A stretch of DNA of 32,000 bases from Chlamydiota bacterium (lineage in GTDB: Bacteria > Auribacterota > JACPWU01). The stretch's first letter is position 1. Every line of letters starts with the position of its first letter. This document shows, piece after piece, positions 8,465 to 15,911 of this stretch. Made by a program: the position numbers and the translations under genes. The notes under the pieces are model-generated. The model was not told where the DNA came from. It saw only the letters and a list, made by a program, of their open reading frames with translations, and made no database searches. Location: the NCBI GenBank assembly GCA_016196885.1, contig JACPWU010000002.1:60001-92000 (forward strand), in the 5' to 3' direction.

Positions 8465-9256
8465 ATGCGAGACACCTTCCTTTGCGTCTTTCTTCATTCC
8501 CTGAGAGGTTTTCGCTATGTCTCTCTTGTGGTTCCATGGTCCGGCAAGCGGATCTTTGGATACTTATGCTTTCTGGGGTTGTGTTTTTCGCTGGTGTTTC
8601 TTTTTTTTCAACTTTCTCCTTTGATCAAGGGTCTAAACTCAACGACAGAATGGGCGATTCATGAACTTCCGACGTTCAGAATTGAAAATGGGCATCTTCG
8701 AATTTTAGAAGAATCCTCTCCTAAAAAAGAATCAGAGTCCAAAAAAGTTTATCGTCCGGTATGGAATCAATCCTTTGCCCTTTGGTTGGATGAGAATGCT
8801 CAAGGTTCAGATTTAGCTCCTTACCCCTTTGGCATGATTTTGAAATCGGGCGAGATGATTGTCAAAAGGGGACTCATGATTCAAAACGTTCACTATGGCC
8901 AGGATTTTTCTATCACCATTTCCCCGTATACCCTTCGGGAGGCTAGAGACATCCTCTTGTGGGTGTCTCCTCTTTTTCTCCTAGGGGCAGGCTGGTTCAA
9001 TTTGGTTTTGATCAAGGGCCTGGAGGCCATTTTCTTAGGGACGTTGGCCTGTGTGGGGAGCCGGCTCTTTGGAAGAAAAATTTCCTGGAAATCCTCTTTT
9101 ACCCTGGCTGTGGTGGCCTTAGCACCTGCTCTTCTTTTCTCATCGGTGCTGGGGATTTTTGGAATTTCCCTTCATTGGGGGAATCATTTTTATGATGGTC
9201 TTTATCTTCTCTTTTTTGGTGGGGCTTGTATTCAATGGGTGCGAGAGGTGAGATGA
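8465..9256 (+). CDS. DUF1189-like integral membrane protein
   Basis: The N-terminal pattern (...FRYVS..., a TM segment, then LPTFRIENGHLRI) resembles DUF1189 proteins, and there are C-terminal TM helices. The ATG directly abuts the def stop, and the stop TGA overlaps the fmt ATG (ATGA). Confidence 0.55.
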   Translation: MRDTFLCVFLHSLRGFRYVSLVVPWSGKRIFGYLCFLGLCFSLVFLFFQLSPLIKGLNSTTEWAIHELPTFRIENGHLRILEESSPKKESESKKVYRPVWNQSFALWLDENAQGSDLAPYPFGMILKSGEMIVKRGLMIQNVHYGQDFSITISPYTLREARDILLWVSPLFLLGAGWFNLVLIKGLEAIFLGTLACVGSRLFGRKISWKSSFTLAVVALAPALLFSSVLGIFGISLHWGNHFYDGLYLLFFGGACIQWVREVR

Positions 9257-10191
9257 AAATTGTTTTTATGGGGACGCCGCACGTAGCGGCCCTGGCCTTG
9301 GAGGGGGTGGCAAGGCATTTTCCAATCACGGGGGTGGTGACTCAACCCGATCGGCCTCGAGGACGTGGGCTTCATGTTTTTCCCTCTCCTGTGAAGGAAA
9401 TGGCCATTCGTTTGGGTCTTGCGGTTTTGGAACCCGTGAAAACAAGGGATCCCGTTTTTCTCGCAAATTTAAAAAGTTGGGCCCCTGATTTGATCGTGGT
9501 GGTGGCCTATGGTGGACTCTTGCCGCGCTCGGTTCTTGAAATTCCTTCCCTAGGTTGTGTGAACCTTCATTCTTCGCTTTTACCCAAATACCGCGGAGCG
9601 GCCCCGGTTCAATGGGCTTTTTTAAATGTGGAAAAGGAAACAGGATGGACCACTTTTTATCTTTCAGAGGGGATGGATTCTGGGGACATGATTCTTCAGA
9701 AAAAAATGTGGGTGCAACCTGAGGATGATGCCGCTTCTTTTTTTGAAAGGATGATTCCGTCAGGAATTGAATTGTTAAAAGAAACGATTCAGCAGGTTTT
9801 AAATGGAAGGGCGCCGCGCATCCCCCAAAATCATAGGGAGGCGACCCTCGCGCCTAAATTAAGCAAGGCCGACGGAAAAATAGATTGGAATCAGTCGGCT
9901 GTTTCCCTTTGGAATCGGGTTCGCGGGCTTCTCCCCTGGCCTGTGGCCTTTACCTCCTTTGAATGGAAAGGGAAGTTGCATGAGTTACGCATTTTTAAGG
10001 CATCTGTCGAAACGGGAAAATCACCTGCGCCGGGTAAGATCTTAGAAATTCGTTTGGATGGATTTTTGGTAGGGACGGGTCGGGATGCTTTATGGATTCA
10101 AGAAGTTCAGAAAGAAGGTTCTCGCCGGATGAGCGCGGAAGAATTTTTGAGAGGGCATGCGATTGCGGTCGGGACTGTTTTAGGGAAATAA
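9253..10191 (+). CDS. fmt: methionyl-tRNA formyltransferase
   Basis: MKIVFMGTP N-terminus and the HSSLLPKYRGAAPVQWA motif. ATG 9253 overlaps the upstream stop, so it is preferred over track start 9226. Confidence 0.95.
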   Translation: MKIVFMGTPHVAALALEGVARHFPITGVVTQPDRPRGRGLHVFPSPVKEMAIRLGLAVLEPVKTRDPVFLANLKSWAPDLIVVVAYGGLLPRSVLEIPSLGCVNLHSSLLPKYRGAAPVQWAFLNVEKETGWTTFYLSEGMDSGDMILQKKMWVQPEDDAASFFERMIPSGIELLKETIQQVLNGRAPRIPQNHREATLAPKLSKADGKIDWNQSAVSLWNRVRGLLPWPVAFTSFEWKGKLHELRIFKASVETGKSPAPGKILEIRLDGFLVGTGRDALWIQEVQKEGSRRMSAEEFLRGHAIAVGTVLGK

Positions 10192-10195
10192 AACA

Positions 10196-10293
10196 AATTT
10201 CCAATAACAAATGTCAAATTAATTTCCAATTCTCCAATGACCCATTGGGGATTGGAGCATGGGTCATTCATTTGATATTTGTTATTGGAAATT
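10196..10293. repeat. word hairpin WH2 (CCAAT/ATTGG words, nested)
   Basis: The outer arms AAATTTCCAATAACAAATGTCAAAT / ATTTGATATTTGTTATTGGAAATT have 1 mismatch. The inner stem is AATGACCCAT / ATGGGTCATT. WH2 fills the spacer between fmt and the rsmB remnant. Confidence 0.8.
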
Positions 10294-10303
10294 GGTTATT
10301 TCT

Positions 10304-10844
10304 ATGAGTCCTCGTGACGCTGCCTTTCACGCCCTTCAAAATTGGGAAAAGAAATCTTTGCCTATCTCTTACACCCTCGAGCCCTATTTTTTAAAGGCGA
10401 GTGAAGAAGATTTTTGAGAACATGAGGCGGTTGGGAATCAAAATGATTCTACCGATGGTGGCGGATGCGACGAAGATCAAAAATCTTTTTAAAATTCCTT
10501 TTGACCGCATTTTGGTAGATGTCCCGTGTTCTAATTGCGGAGTTTTTGCTAAAAGGGTCGAGGCCCGCTGACGGTTTTCTATGAAAGAAGTCAAGCGCTT
10601 GGCTGCGTTACAGATTCAAATTTTAAAAGAGGCGCTTCGGCTTCTAAAGTCAGGGGGGATTTTGGTGTATTCTACGTGCAGCATTGATCCTATCGAAAAT
10701 GAGGAAGTGGTTCGAGCTTCCTTGAAAGACCAAGCTCAATTCCAGCTCACCGATGAAAAAACAATATTTCAAACTCTTCAGCAGGCGGGGGGCTATTGGG
10801 CAAAGATAAGACTTTCCCTTGACAAGGGCGCTTTCCTAATTTAG
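10304..10844 (+). pseudogene. rsmB: decayed 16S rRNA m5C967 methyltransferase gene (rsmB/sun)
   Basis: 10304-10417 encodes MSPRDAAFHALQNWEKK...EEDF*, an RsmB-like N-terminus. 10422-10841, in another frame, encodes RRLGIK...FDRILVDVPCSNCGVFAKRVEAR*RFSMKEVKRLAALQIQILKEALRLLKSGGILVYSTCSI. This is the RsmB catalytic C-terminus, with TGA (10569-10571) at the conserved Trp position. About 250 codons, including SAM-binding motif I, are absent. The gene sits in the expected position after fmt. Confidence 0.75.
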
Positions 10845-10860
10845 ATTGAGTCTCAATTAA
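10819..10860 (+). promoter_or_regulatory. promoter (TTGACA-17-TAGATT) overlapped by a palindromic operator-like site
   Basis: TTGACA at 10819-10824, a 17-nt spacer, then TAGATT at 10842-10847. A perfect 6+1+6 palindrome ATTGAGtCTCAAT lies at 10845-10857, within TTAGATTGAGTCTCAATTAA. The SD AGGAG is at 10865-10869 and the ATG at 10876. Confidence 0.5.
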
Positions 10861-10875
10861 ACCCAGGAGTGTCAG

Positions 10876-12282
10876 ATGTTTGAATCGTTCATTATTACCT
10901 TGAGAGAAGGGATTGAGGCCTCCCTGGTGATCGGCATCCTTTTGGGGATTTTGAAAAAAATCTCGAGGGAGGACCTCGTTCGCTTCGTTTACGGGGGTGT
11001 GGGGGCCGCGGTCGTGGCCAGTGGCCTGGGGGCTCTTTTCCTCCAATCCTTTGTCATCAATGAAGAGGTGTATGAAGGGACCCTTTACCTTGTCGCCGCT
11101 TTTTTTGTGATCACCATGCTTTGTTGGATGCGCCGGCATGCCAGAACATTAAAGGGAGAAATTGAAACGGCTGTTCATCACATGACAGGTGGAGCCCAGA
11201 AAAAAGGAGAGGCCTGGGGAATTTTTGCCTTCACCTTTTTCATGGTTTTTCGGGAAGGGGTTGAGACGGTTCTTTTTTTAAGTGCCGTGGGTCTTACCAC
11301 GCAAAAGCTTTTGTCTTTTATCGCAGGACTGTTGGGTCTGGTGCTGGCCGTTCTTTTCTGCGTGGCTTTTGTGAAGGGGACCCTGCGGATTGATTTGGGG
11401 AGATTTTTCCGGGTGAGCACCGCCGTTTTATGGATTTTTGTTTTTCAATTGTGGGTCAATGGTTTTCACGAATTGTCCGAAGCTCAAATTTTACCTGCCA
11501 GTCAAAGGGAGATGGCCCTTGTAGGACCTTTGGTTAGAAACAATGCCTTTTTTATTTTGGCCATTCTGGCGATTCCCATTTTTATTTTTTTATTCTCTGC
11601 TCGGAAAAGGGAAAATTTACCCGATGAAATGTCAGGCCCTGAACGCAGACTGGCGTTGTCCAAGGCGAAAAGTGAAAGGCGCTGGCGTTTCAGTTGGTCG
11701 GCTGTCTCTTTTTTGATTCTTCTGTCTTTGGGGGCGCATACCGTTTATTCCAATCGGTCTGAAAAAATAGACCCTCCCCTTCTCGTAGAAAGCCAAGGCG
11801 GCTCGATTAAAATTCCTCTTTCTGAAGTAAATGATGGAAGGCTTCATCGGTTTGGCTTGAATGTTGGGGAAGGCATGGTTCGTTTTCTTGTCATTAAAAC
11901 CAGCGATGATCGTTATCGAACAGCCTTTGATCTTTGCGAAATCTGTGGAGATTATGGCTATCGCCAAGAAGGTGAGAATATTATTTGTCTCAATTGTACG
12001 GCGGCCATCCATCCTCCGACAATGGGTGTGGCAGGGGGATGCAATCCCATTCCTTTACAATCGTGGGTCGAGGGAGGGGAGCTTTTGGTTAAAGAGACAG
12101 ATTTAAAAGTGTTTCAAGATCATTTCAAAATGAAGGTGCTACCGGAAGTGACGTGCACCCTTTGTCACATGAAATTACATTTTGAAGAGGCAAAAGAAAT
12201 AAAGGCGAAGGGAAAAACTTTTTATCTTTGTCCGATGGAATCTTGCCAAAAAGAATTTGAGAAACGGTATTTGAATTATTAA
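10876..12282 (+). CDS. FTR1-family iron permease fused to a DUF2318-like Cys-rich domain and a C-terminal zinc ribbon (TRASH/YHS-like)
   Basis: Two REGxE motifs (REGIE aa 10-14, REGVE aa 126-130) and about 7 TM helices. After a further TM helix comes FDLCEICGDYGYRQEGENIICLNCTAAIHPPTMGVAGGCNPIPL, which I recognise as DUF2318/COG4393-like. The terminal ribbon is C427xxC430-x21-C452xxxxC457. Confidence 0.8.
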   Translation: MFESFIITLREGIEASLVIGILLGILKKISREDLVRFVYGGVGAAVVASGLGALFLQSFVINEEVYEGTLYLVAAFFVITMLCWMRRHARTLKGEIETAVHHMTGGAQKKGEAWGIFAFTFFMVFREGVETVLFLSAVGLTTQKLLSFIAGLLGLVLAVLFCVAFVKGTLRIDLGRFFRVSTAVLWIFVFQLWVNGFHELSEAQILPASQREMALVGPLVRNNAFFILAILAIPIFIFLFSARKRENLPDEMSGPERRLALSKAKSERRWRFSWSAVSFLILLSLGAHTVYSNRSEKIDPPLLVESQGGSIKIPLSEVNDGRLHRFGLNVGEGMVRFLVIKTSDDRYRTAFDLCEICGDYGYRQEGENIICLNCTAAIHPPTMGVAGGCNPIPLQSWVEGGELLVKETDLKVFQDHFKMKVLPEVTCTLCHMKLHFEEAKEIKAKGKTFYLCPMESCQKEFEKRYLNY

Positions 12283-12321
12283 AAACTAATTTGGACGAAA
12301 TTATTTTTAGAGACTTTTCCT

Positions 12322-13584
12322 ATGCTCTTACGAATCCTCAGTGAATCTTTCATGCGTCGCAAGCGGCGCAAAATACTGGGTGTTTTTGCCGTTTCCCTGG
12401 GCGCCAGCCTGGCGACGGCGGTGATTGGGATTTCCTTGGAAGTGGGAGATAAGGTGAGTCGTGAATTGAATGTTTATGGCTCGAATATCGTGGTTCATCC
12501 TTCGGATATTGTAGATGAAGAAGAGGGCCCCGTTCTGGGACAGCCCAGGCTCGACGAATCGGACCTTCCCAAAATGAAAACGATTTTCTGGGGCAATAAC
12601 ATCATGGATTTTGCCCCTTTTCTTTTGAGCGAGGTTACCCTCAAGGGCGAGACAATTTCTATTGAAGGAACATGGTTCTCTAAAGAAATGAGTGTCCCAG
12701 ATGGCCCATCCGTTAGAACGGGAGTCGAAACCCTTTTCCCTACCTGGCATGTGGAAGGGTCTTGGCCTCGAGATGATCAGGCCTTGAGAGAGGTGCTCGT
12801 AGGAAAAGAGATCGCGGCCCAGTTTAATATTCATCCTTCTCAAAAAATCACGATTGAGAAAAACGGAAAACCACTTGAGGTTTTAGCAACAGGAATTTTA
12901 AATTCGGGAGAGCAATACGATTCGAAAATTTTGGTGGATTTAGATTTGGCCCAAGGGCTCACTGGACTTCCTAAGGGAGTGGACCAAGTTTTCGTTCGAG
13001 CGCTCACCATTCCAGAAGATGATTTTCTGAAGCTTTACGCGCGTCATCCGCAGTCTCTTTCTCCTCAAGAGTATGAACGGTGGTCATGTTCCCCTTATGT
13101 CAGTACCGTTGCGGCTCAGCTTCAGGAGGCGATTGCGCATGCGGTTGCAGAGCCCATTCTTGAAGTTTCTCAAAGAGAAGGGGTTTTGCTTAAAAAGCTC
13201 AAAGGACTTTTTATTTTTATTTGTGCAGTTGCTTTATTAGCCGCTGGAGTTGCTTTAACCACTGTTTTAATGGCCACGGTGGTAGAAAGGCGTCAGGAGG
13301 TCGGGCTTTTAAGGGCTTTAGGCGCAGGCTCCAAAGATGTGGTTTTAATTTTTCTATCTGAATTGGCTGTCATGGCCATCCTCGGATCTTTTTTGGGGGG
13401 GGCCTTAGGCTATGGATTGGGACAATGGATATCCTTTCATTTGTTTCACTCTTTTATTCAACCTAATCCGATGGTTCTCTTTATTGTTGCGGGAGTGACA
13501 TTGACCATCTCTCTTATGGGAGGCCTTTTCCCTATACGATTTGCCCTCAAAGTAGACCCTGTGAGAGTCTTGCATGAAATTTAA
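12322..13584 (+). CDS. ABC transporter permease, FtsX/MacB type (N-terminal TM, large periplasmic domain, 3 C-terminal TM)
   Basis: 420 aa with MacB-like topology. FtsX-domain motif ERRQEVGLLRALGAGSKDV. Confidence 0.85.
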   Translation: MLLRILSESFMRRKRRKILGVFAVSLGASLATAVIGISLEVGDKVSRELNVYGSNIVVHPSDIVDEEEGPVLGQPRLDESDLPKMKTIFWGNNIMDFAPFLLSEVTLKGETISIEGTWFSKEMSVPDGPSVRTGVETLFPTWHVEGSWPRDDQALREVLVGKEIAAQFNIHPSQKITIEKNGKPLEVLATGILNSGEQYDSKILVDLDLAQGLTGLPKGVDQVFVRALTIPEDDFLKLYARHPQSLSPQEYERWSCSPYVSTVAAQLQEAIAHAVAEPILEVSQREGVLLKKLKGLFIFICAVALLAAGVALTTVLMATVVERRQEVGLLRALGAGSKDVVLIFLSELAVMAILGSFLGGALGYGLGQWISFHLFHSFIQPNPMVLFIVAGVTLTISLMGGLFPIRFALKVDPVRVLHEI

Positions 13585-14689
13585 AATGTTTTTAAAACTT
13601 TGTTTTGCTTCGATTTCTCATCAAAAGGGTAAATCAGCTTTGATGATGATTGTTTCTGTTATGGCCGTTGCGGTGACCACCAGTCTCTTGGGATTGATTT
13701 ATGATGTTCGGCTTCAAATGCAAAAGGAACTCATGGCCTTTGGCCCTAATTTTAAAGTCCAACCTCAATGGAATACCATTGGCAACATGATTTCGTGGGC
13801 CCAGTACGACGAAATTGAAAAAATGTTTTTCAGGCCAGATGCAATTATTTGCCCTGTTTTAGCGGGTGTGGTGTTGTGGAAAGATCGCTCTCAATTAATA
13901 GAAGGCGTTTTATTAGATGCTTACCAAAAGATTTCCAAGCATTGGATAGTGGAAGGTACATGGCCAAATAAGCCAGGAGAAGTTTTAGTGGGAGAAAAAG
14001 TCGCTCAGAAATTTCATTTAAAGTTGGGAGAGACTTTGACTTTTGATCAGTCCTCTCAAGCTTTTTTGATTCGAGGTTTTTTTCGATCAGGGACCCGAGA
14101 AGAAGAAAAAATAGTTTTCTCAATGAAAGGCGCGCAAAAAATTTTAAAAGAGGAAAAAAACTTTTCATTTGTTTTTGCCAGATTAAACAATTCTCTTCAG
14201 GAATTAGAAAATTTAAGCGAAAATATTGAAAAACATTTTCCTGATTTAAAGGCGGTTCCTATTCGAAGGGTTTCTTTGGCGGAGGGAGCGATTCTAGATC
14301 GTATTGGCAGTTTAGTGGGATGGGTGAATATCCTGATTTTGATGGTTGCTGCGTTGGCTTTGATGGCGACTTCAACAGTTTTGGTGGATGAGCGCCGTGA
14401 AGAGTTTGGCTTGCAGCGGGCCTTGGGAGCAAGTCCCGCTCAATTGATGCGGCTTTTTTACATGGAAACTTTTTTGAGTGCCTTCATCGTTTCACCCCTT
14501 GGTTTTTTACTAGGATTCTGGGGGCTAAAAATATTGGCTTATGAGGTTTTTTCGGCTCAAGCGACTTTTCGGTGGGAAATGGTTCCTGTGATTTTGATTG
14601 TTTTAATGGTTGTCATTCTTCTAGGAGAGAGTGTGGCTGTGAGAAGAATTGCGACCCTTGAGCCGGCGATGGTTTTAAAAGGGGAGTAA
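13574..14689 (+). CDS. ABC transporter permease, FtsX/MacB type (second subunit)
   Basis: 371 aa with the same topology. Motif ERREEFGLQRALGASPAQL. It overlaps the upstream gene by 11 nt. Confidence 0.85.
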   Translation: MKFKMFLKLCFASISHQKGKSALMMIVSVMAVAVTTSLLGLIYDVRLQMQKELMAFGPNFKVQPQWNTIGNMISWAQYDEIEKMFFRPDAIICPVLAGVVLWKDRSQLIEGVLLDAYQKISKHWIVEGTWPNKPGEVLVGEKVAQKFHLKLGETLTFDQSSQAFLIRGFFRSGTREEEKIVFSMKGAQKILKEEKNFSFVFARLNNSLQELENLSENIEKHFPDLKAVPIRRVSLAEGAILDRIGSLVGWVNILILMVAALALMATSTVLVDERREEFGLQRALGASPAQLMRLFYMETFLSAFIVSPLGFLLGFWGLKILAYEVFSAQATFRWEMVPVILIVLMVVILLGESVAVRRIATLEPAMVLKGE

Positions 14690-14698
14690 ATGAGTAAA

Positions 14699-14730
14699 GG
14701 ACGATGGACGATGGAAGATGGACGAAGATG
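14699..14730 (+). repeat. tandem heptamer array WH3 (GGACGAT GGACGAT GGAAGAT GGACGAA GATG)
   Basis: Read directly. It occupies essentially the whole permease-ATPase spacer and contains four ATGs (14704, 14711, 14718, 14728). There is no local complementary arm. Confidence 0.8.
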
Positions 14731-15801
14731 AGCAGCCTTATTCAAGCAAAAAATTTAACGCGTCGTTATAGTGACCATGTCATGGCCCTCGATCATGTAG
14801 ATTTAACAGTTGAACGAGGTGAATGGCTTGCCATGATGGGGCCTTCTGGGTCTGGGAAGACGACCTTGCTGAATTTATTGGGTTGTTTGGATCGTCCCAC
14901 GGAGGGAGAAATTTTCTTTGAAAATCGTTTGATCAGTACTTTCAGTGCTCAAGAGTTGAATCGCTTTCGCCGCGAAAATGTAGGGATCGTTTTTCAGCAA
15001 TTTCATTTGATTGGTTATTTGACGGCCCTGGAAAATGTAATGTTGGCTCAGTATTATCACAGCATGGTCGATCGTGAGGAGGCAAAGCGTGCCCTAGAGG
15101 ATGTCGGATTGGGTGAGCGGATTCATCATTATCCGTCACAACTTTCGGGAGGGGAGCAACAGCGGGTTTGCGTGGCCCGGGCCTTGATTAATCAGCCTAA
15201 ATTGATTTTGGCAGATGAACCTACAGGAAATTTGGACGAGAAAAGCGAAGAGACGGTGCTGGATCTTTTTCGGCGTTTGCACGCAAAGGGACACACTATT
15301 TTAATGGTCACGCATGACGTGACCGTTGGAAAAATGGCGGATCGTCAACTGCAATTGGAACACGGAAGAATAGCAGGATCTTATTTAAGTCCCCTTCAAG
15401 CAGAGGAGGATATTGAGAATTTTCTCAAGCGCTTATGGGAATTACGTGAAGAGGGTAAGCTTTCGTATGACTATTTGCAGAAAAATAATTTTTTGGATCA
15501 TGCGGGTGTTTTGAAATACATGCAGGCCAAAGAACTTTTGGAAGTGAAAGATCGAAAAATCTATTTTACTTCAGCAGGTGAGCTTCGTATGAGAGATATC
15601 ATTCGTCGCCACCGGCTGGCCGAAATACTTTTTTCTAAAGCTTTACACATGGATAAAGAAGAGTCGGCTGTTGAGGCCTGTCAATTTGAGCACATGCTCA
15701 ATCCCGATATCACAGAAAGAATCTGTACTTTTTTTCATCATCCAAAGAAATGTCCTCATGGGAAGGAAATTCCTGGAGGGAAATGCTGTGAAAGACCGTA
15801 G
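14728..15801 (+). CDS. ABC transporter ATP-binding protein (MacB/LolD type) with C-terminal DtxR/IdeR-like metal-dependent regulator domain
   Basis: The NBD has GPSGSGKTT, LSGGEQQR, LILADEPT and VTHD. The C-terminal ~135 aa read ENFLKRLWELREEG...RRHRLAEILF...EACQFEH...CPHGKEIP, colinear with DtxR EMYLRTIYELEEEG...RKHRLAERLL...EACRWEH...CPHGNPIP. The start is ATG 14728 (MSSLIQAKNL) or 14704. Confidence 0.85.
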   Translation: MSSLIQAKNLTRRYSDHVMALDHVDLTVERGEWLAMMGPSGSGKTTLLNLLGCLDRPTEGEIFFENRLISTFSAQELNRFRRENVGIVFQQFHLIGYLTALENVMLAQYYHSMVDREEAKRALEDVGLGERIHHYPSQLSGGEQQRVCVARALINQPKLILADEPTGNLDEKSEETVLDLFRRLHAKGHTILMVTHDVTVGKMADRQLQLEHGRIAGSYLSPLQAEEDIENFLKRLWELREEGKLSYDYLQKNNFLDHAGVLKYMQAKELLEVKDRKIYFTSAGELRMRDIIRRHRLAEILFSKALHMDKEESAVEACQFEHMLNPDITERICTFFHHPKKCPHGKEIPGGKCCERP

Positions 15802-15881
15802 CTCGTCTTTCGTCGTTCGTCTTCCGTTTATAAGCAAGAAGTTAGTAACGGACGACGAACAACTAACGAAGAACGACGAAC
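15802..15881. repeat. word hairpin WH4 (heptamers TTCGTCN / GACGAAC)
   Basis: The left arm CTCGTCTTTCGTCGTTCGTCTTCCGTT (15802-15828) is imperfectly complementary to the right arm AACGGACGACGAACAACTAACGAAGAACGACGAAC (15847-15881). WH4 starts immediately after the ATPase stop. Confidence 0.8.
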
Positions 15882-15911
15882 AAAAATTGTTCAAAAGAAA
15901 AACAGGTTGTT

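Noticed and set aside
10569-10571. TGA reassigned to a sense codon (code 4 or 25), prompted by in-frame TGAs at a conserved Trp position in rsmB and before the SucD-like tail (17785-17787).
   Set aside because: TGA ends several well-conserved genes at their canonical lengths: sucC at 18753-18755, cusB at 25194-25196, and the DUF1189 gene and second OMP with ATGA stop/start overlaps at 9253-9256 and 31442-31445. The rsmB locus also has a large deletion and a frame change. Point nonsense mutation or error is more parsimonious.
10581-10844. The 87-aa ORF as an independent small methyltransferase gene.
   Set aside because: It is the piece of the RsmB catalytic domain downstream of the TGA. It lacks the SAM-binding motif and has no RBS of its own.
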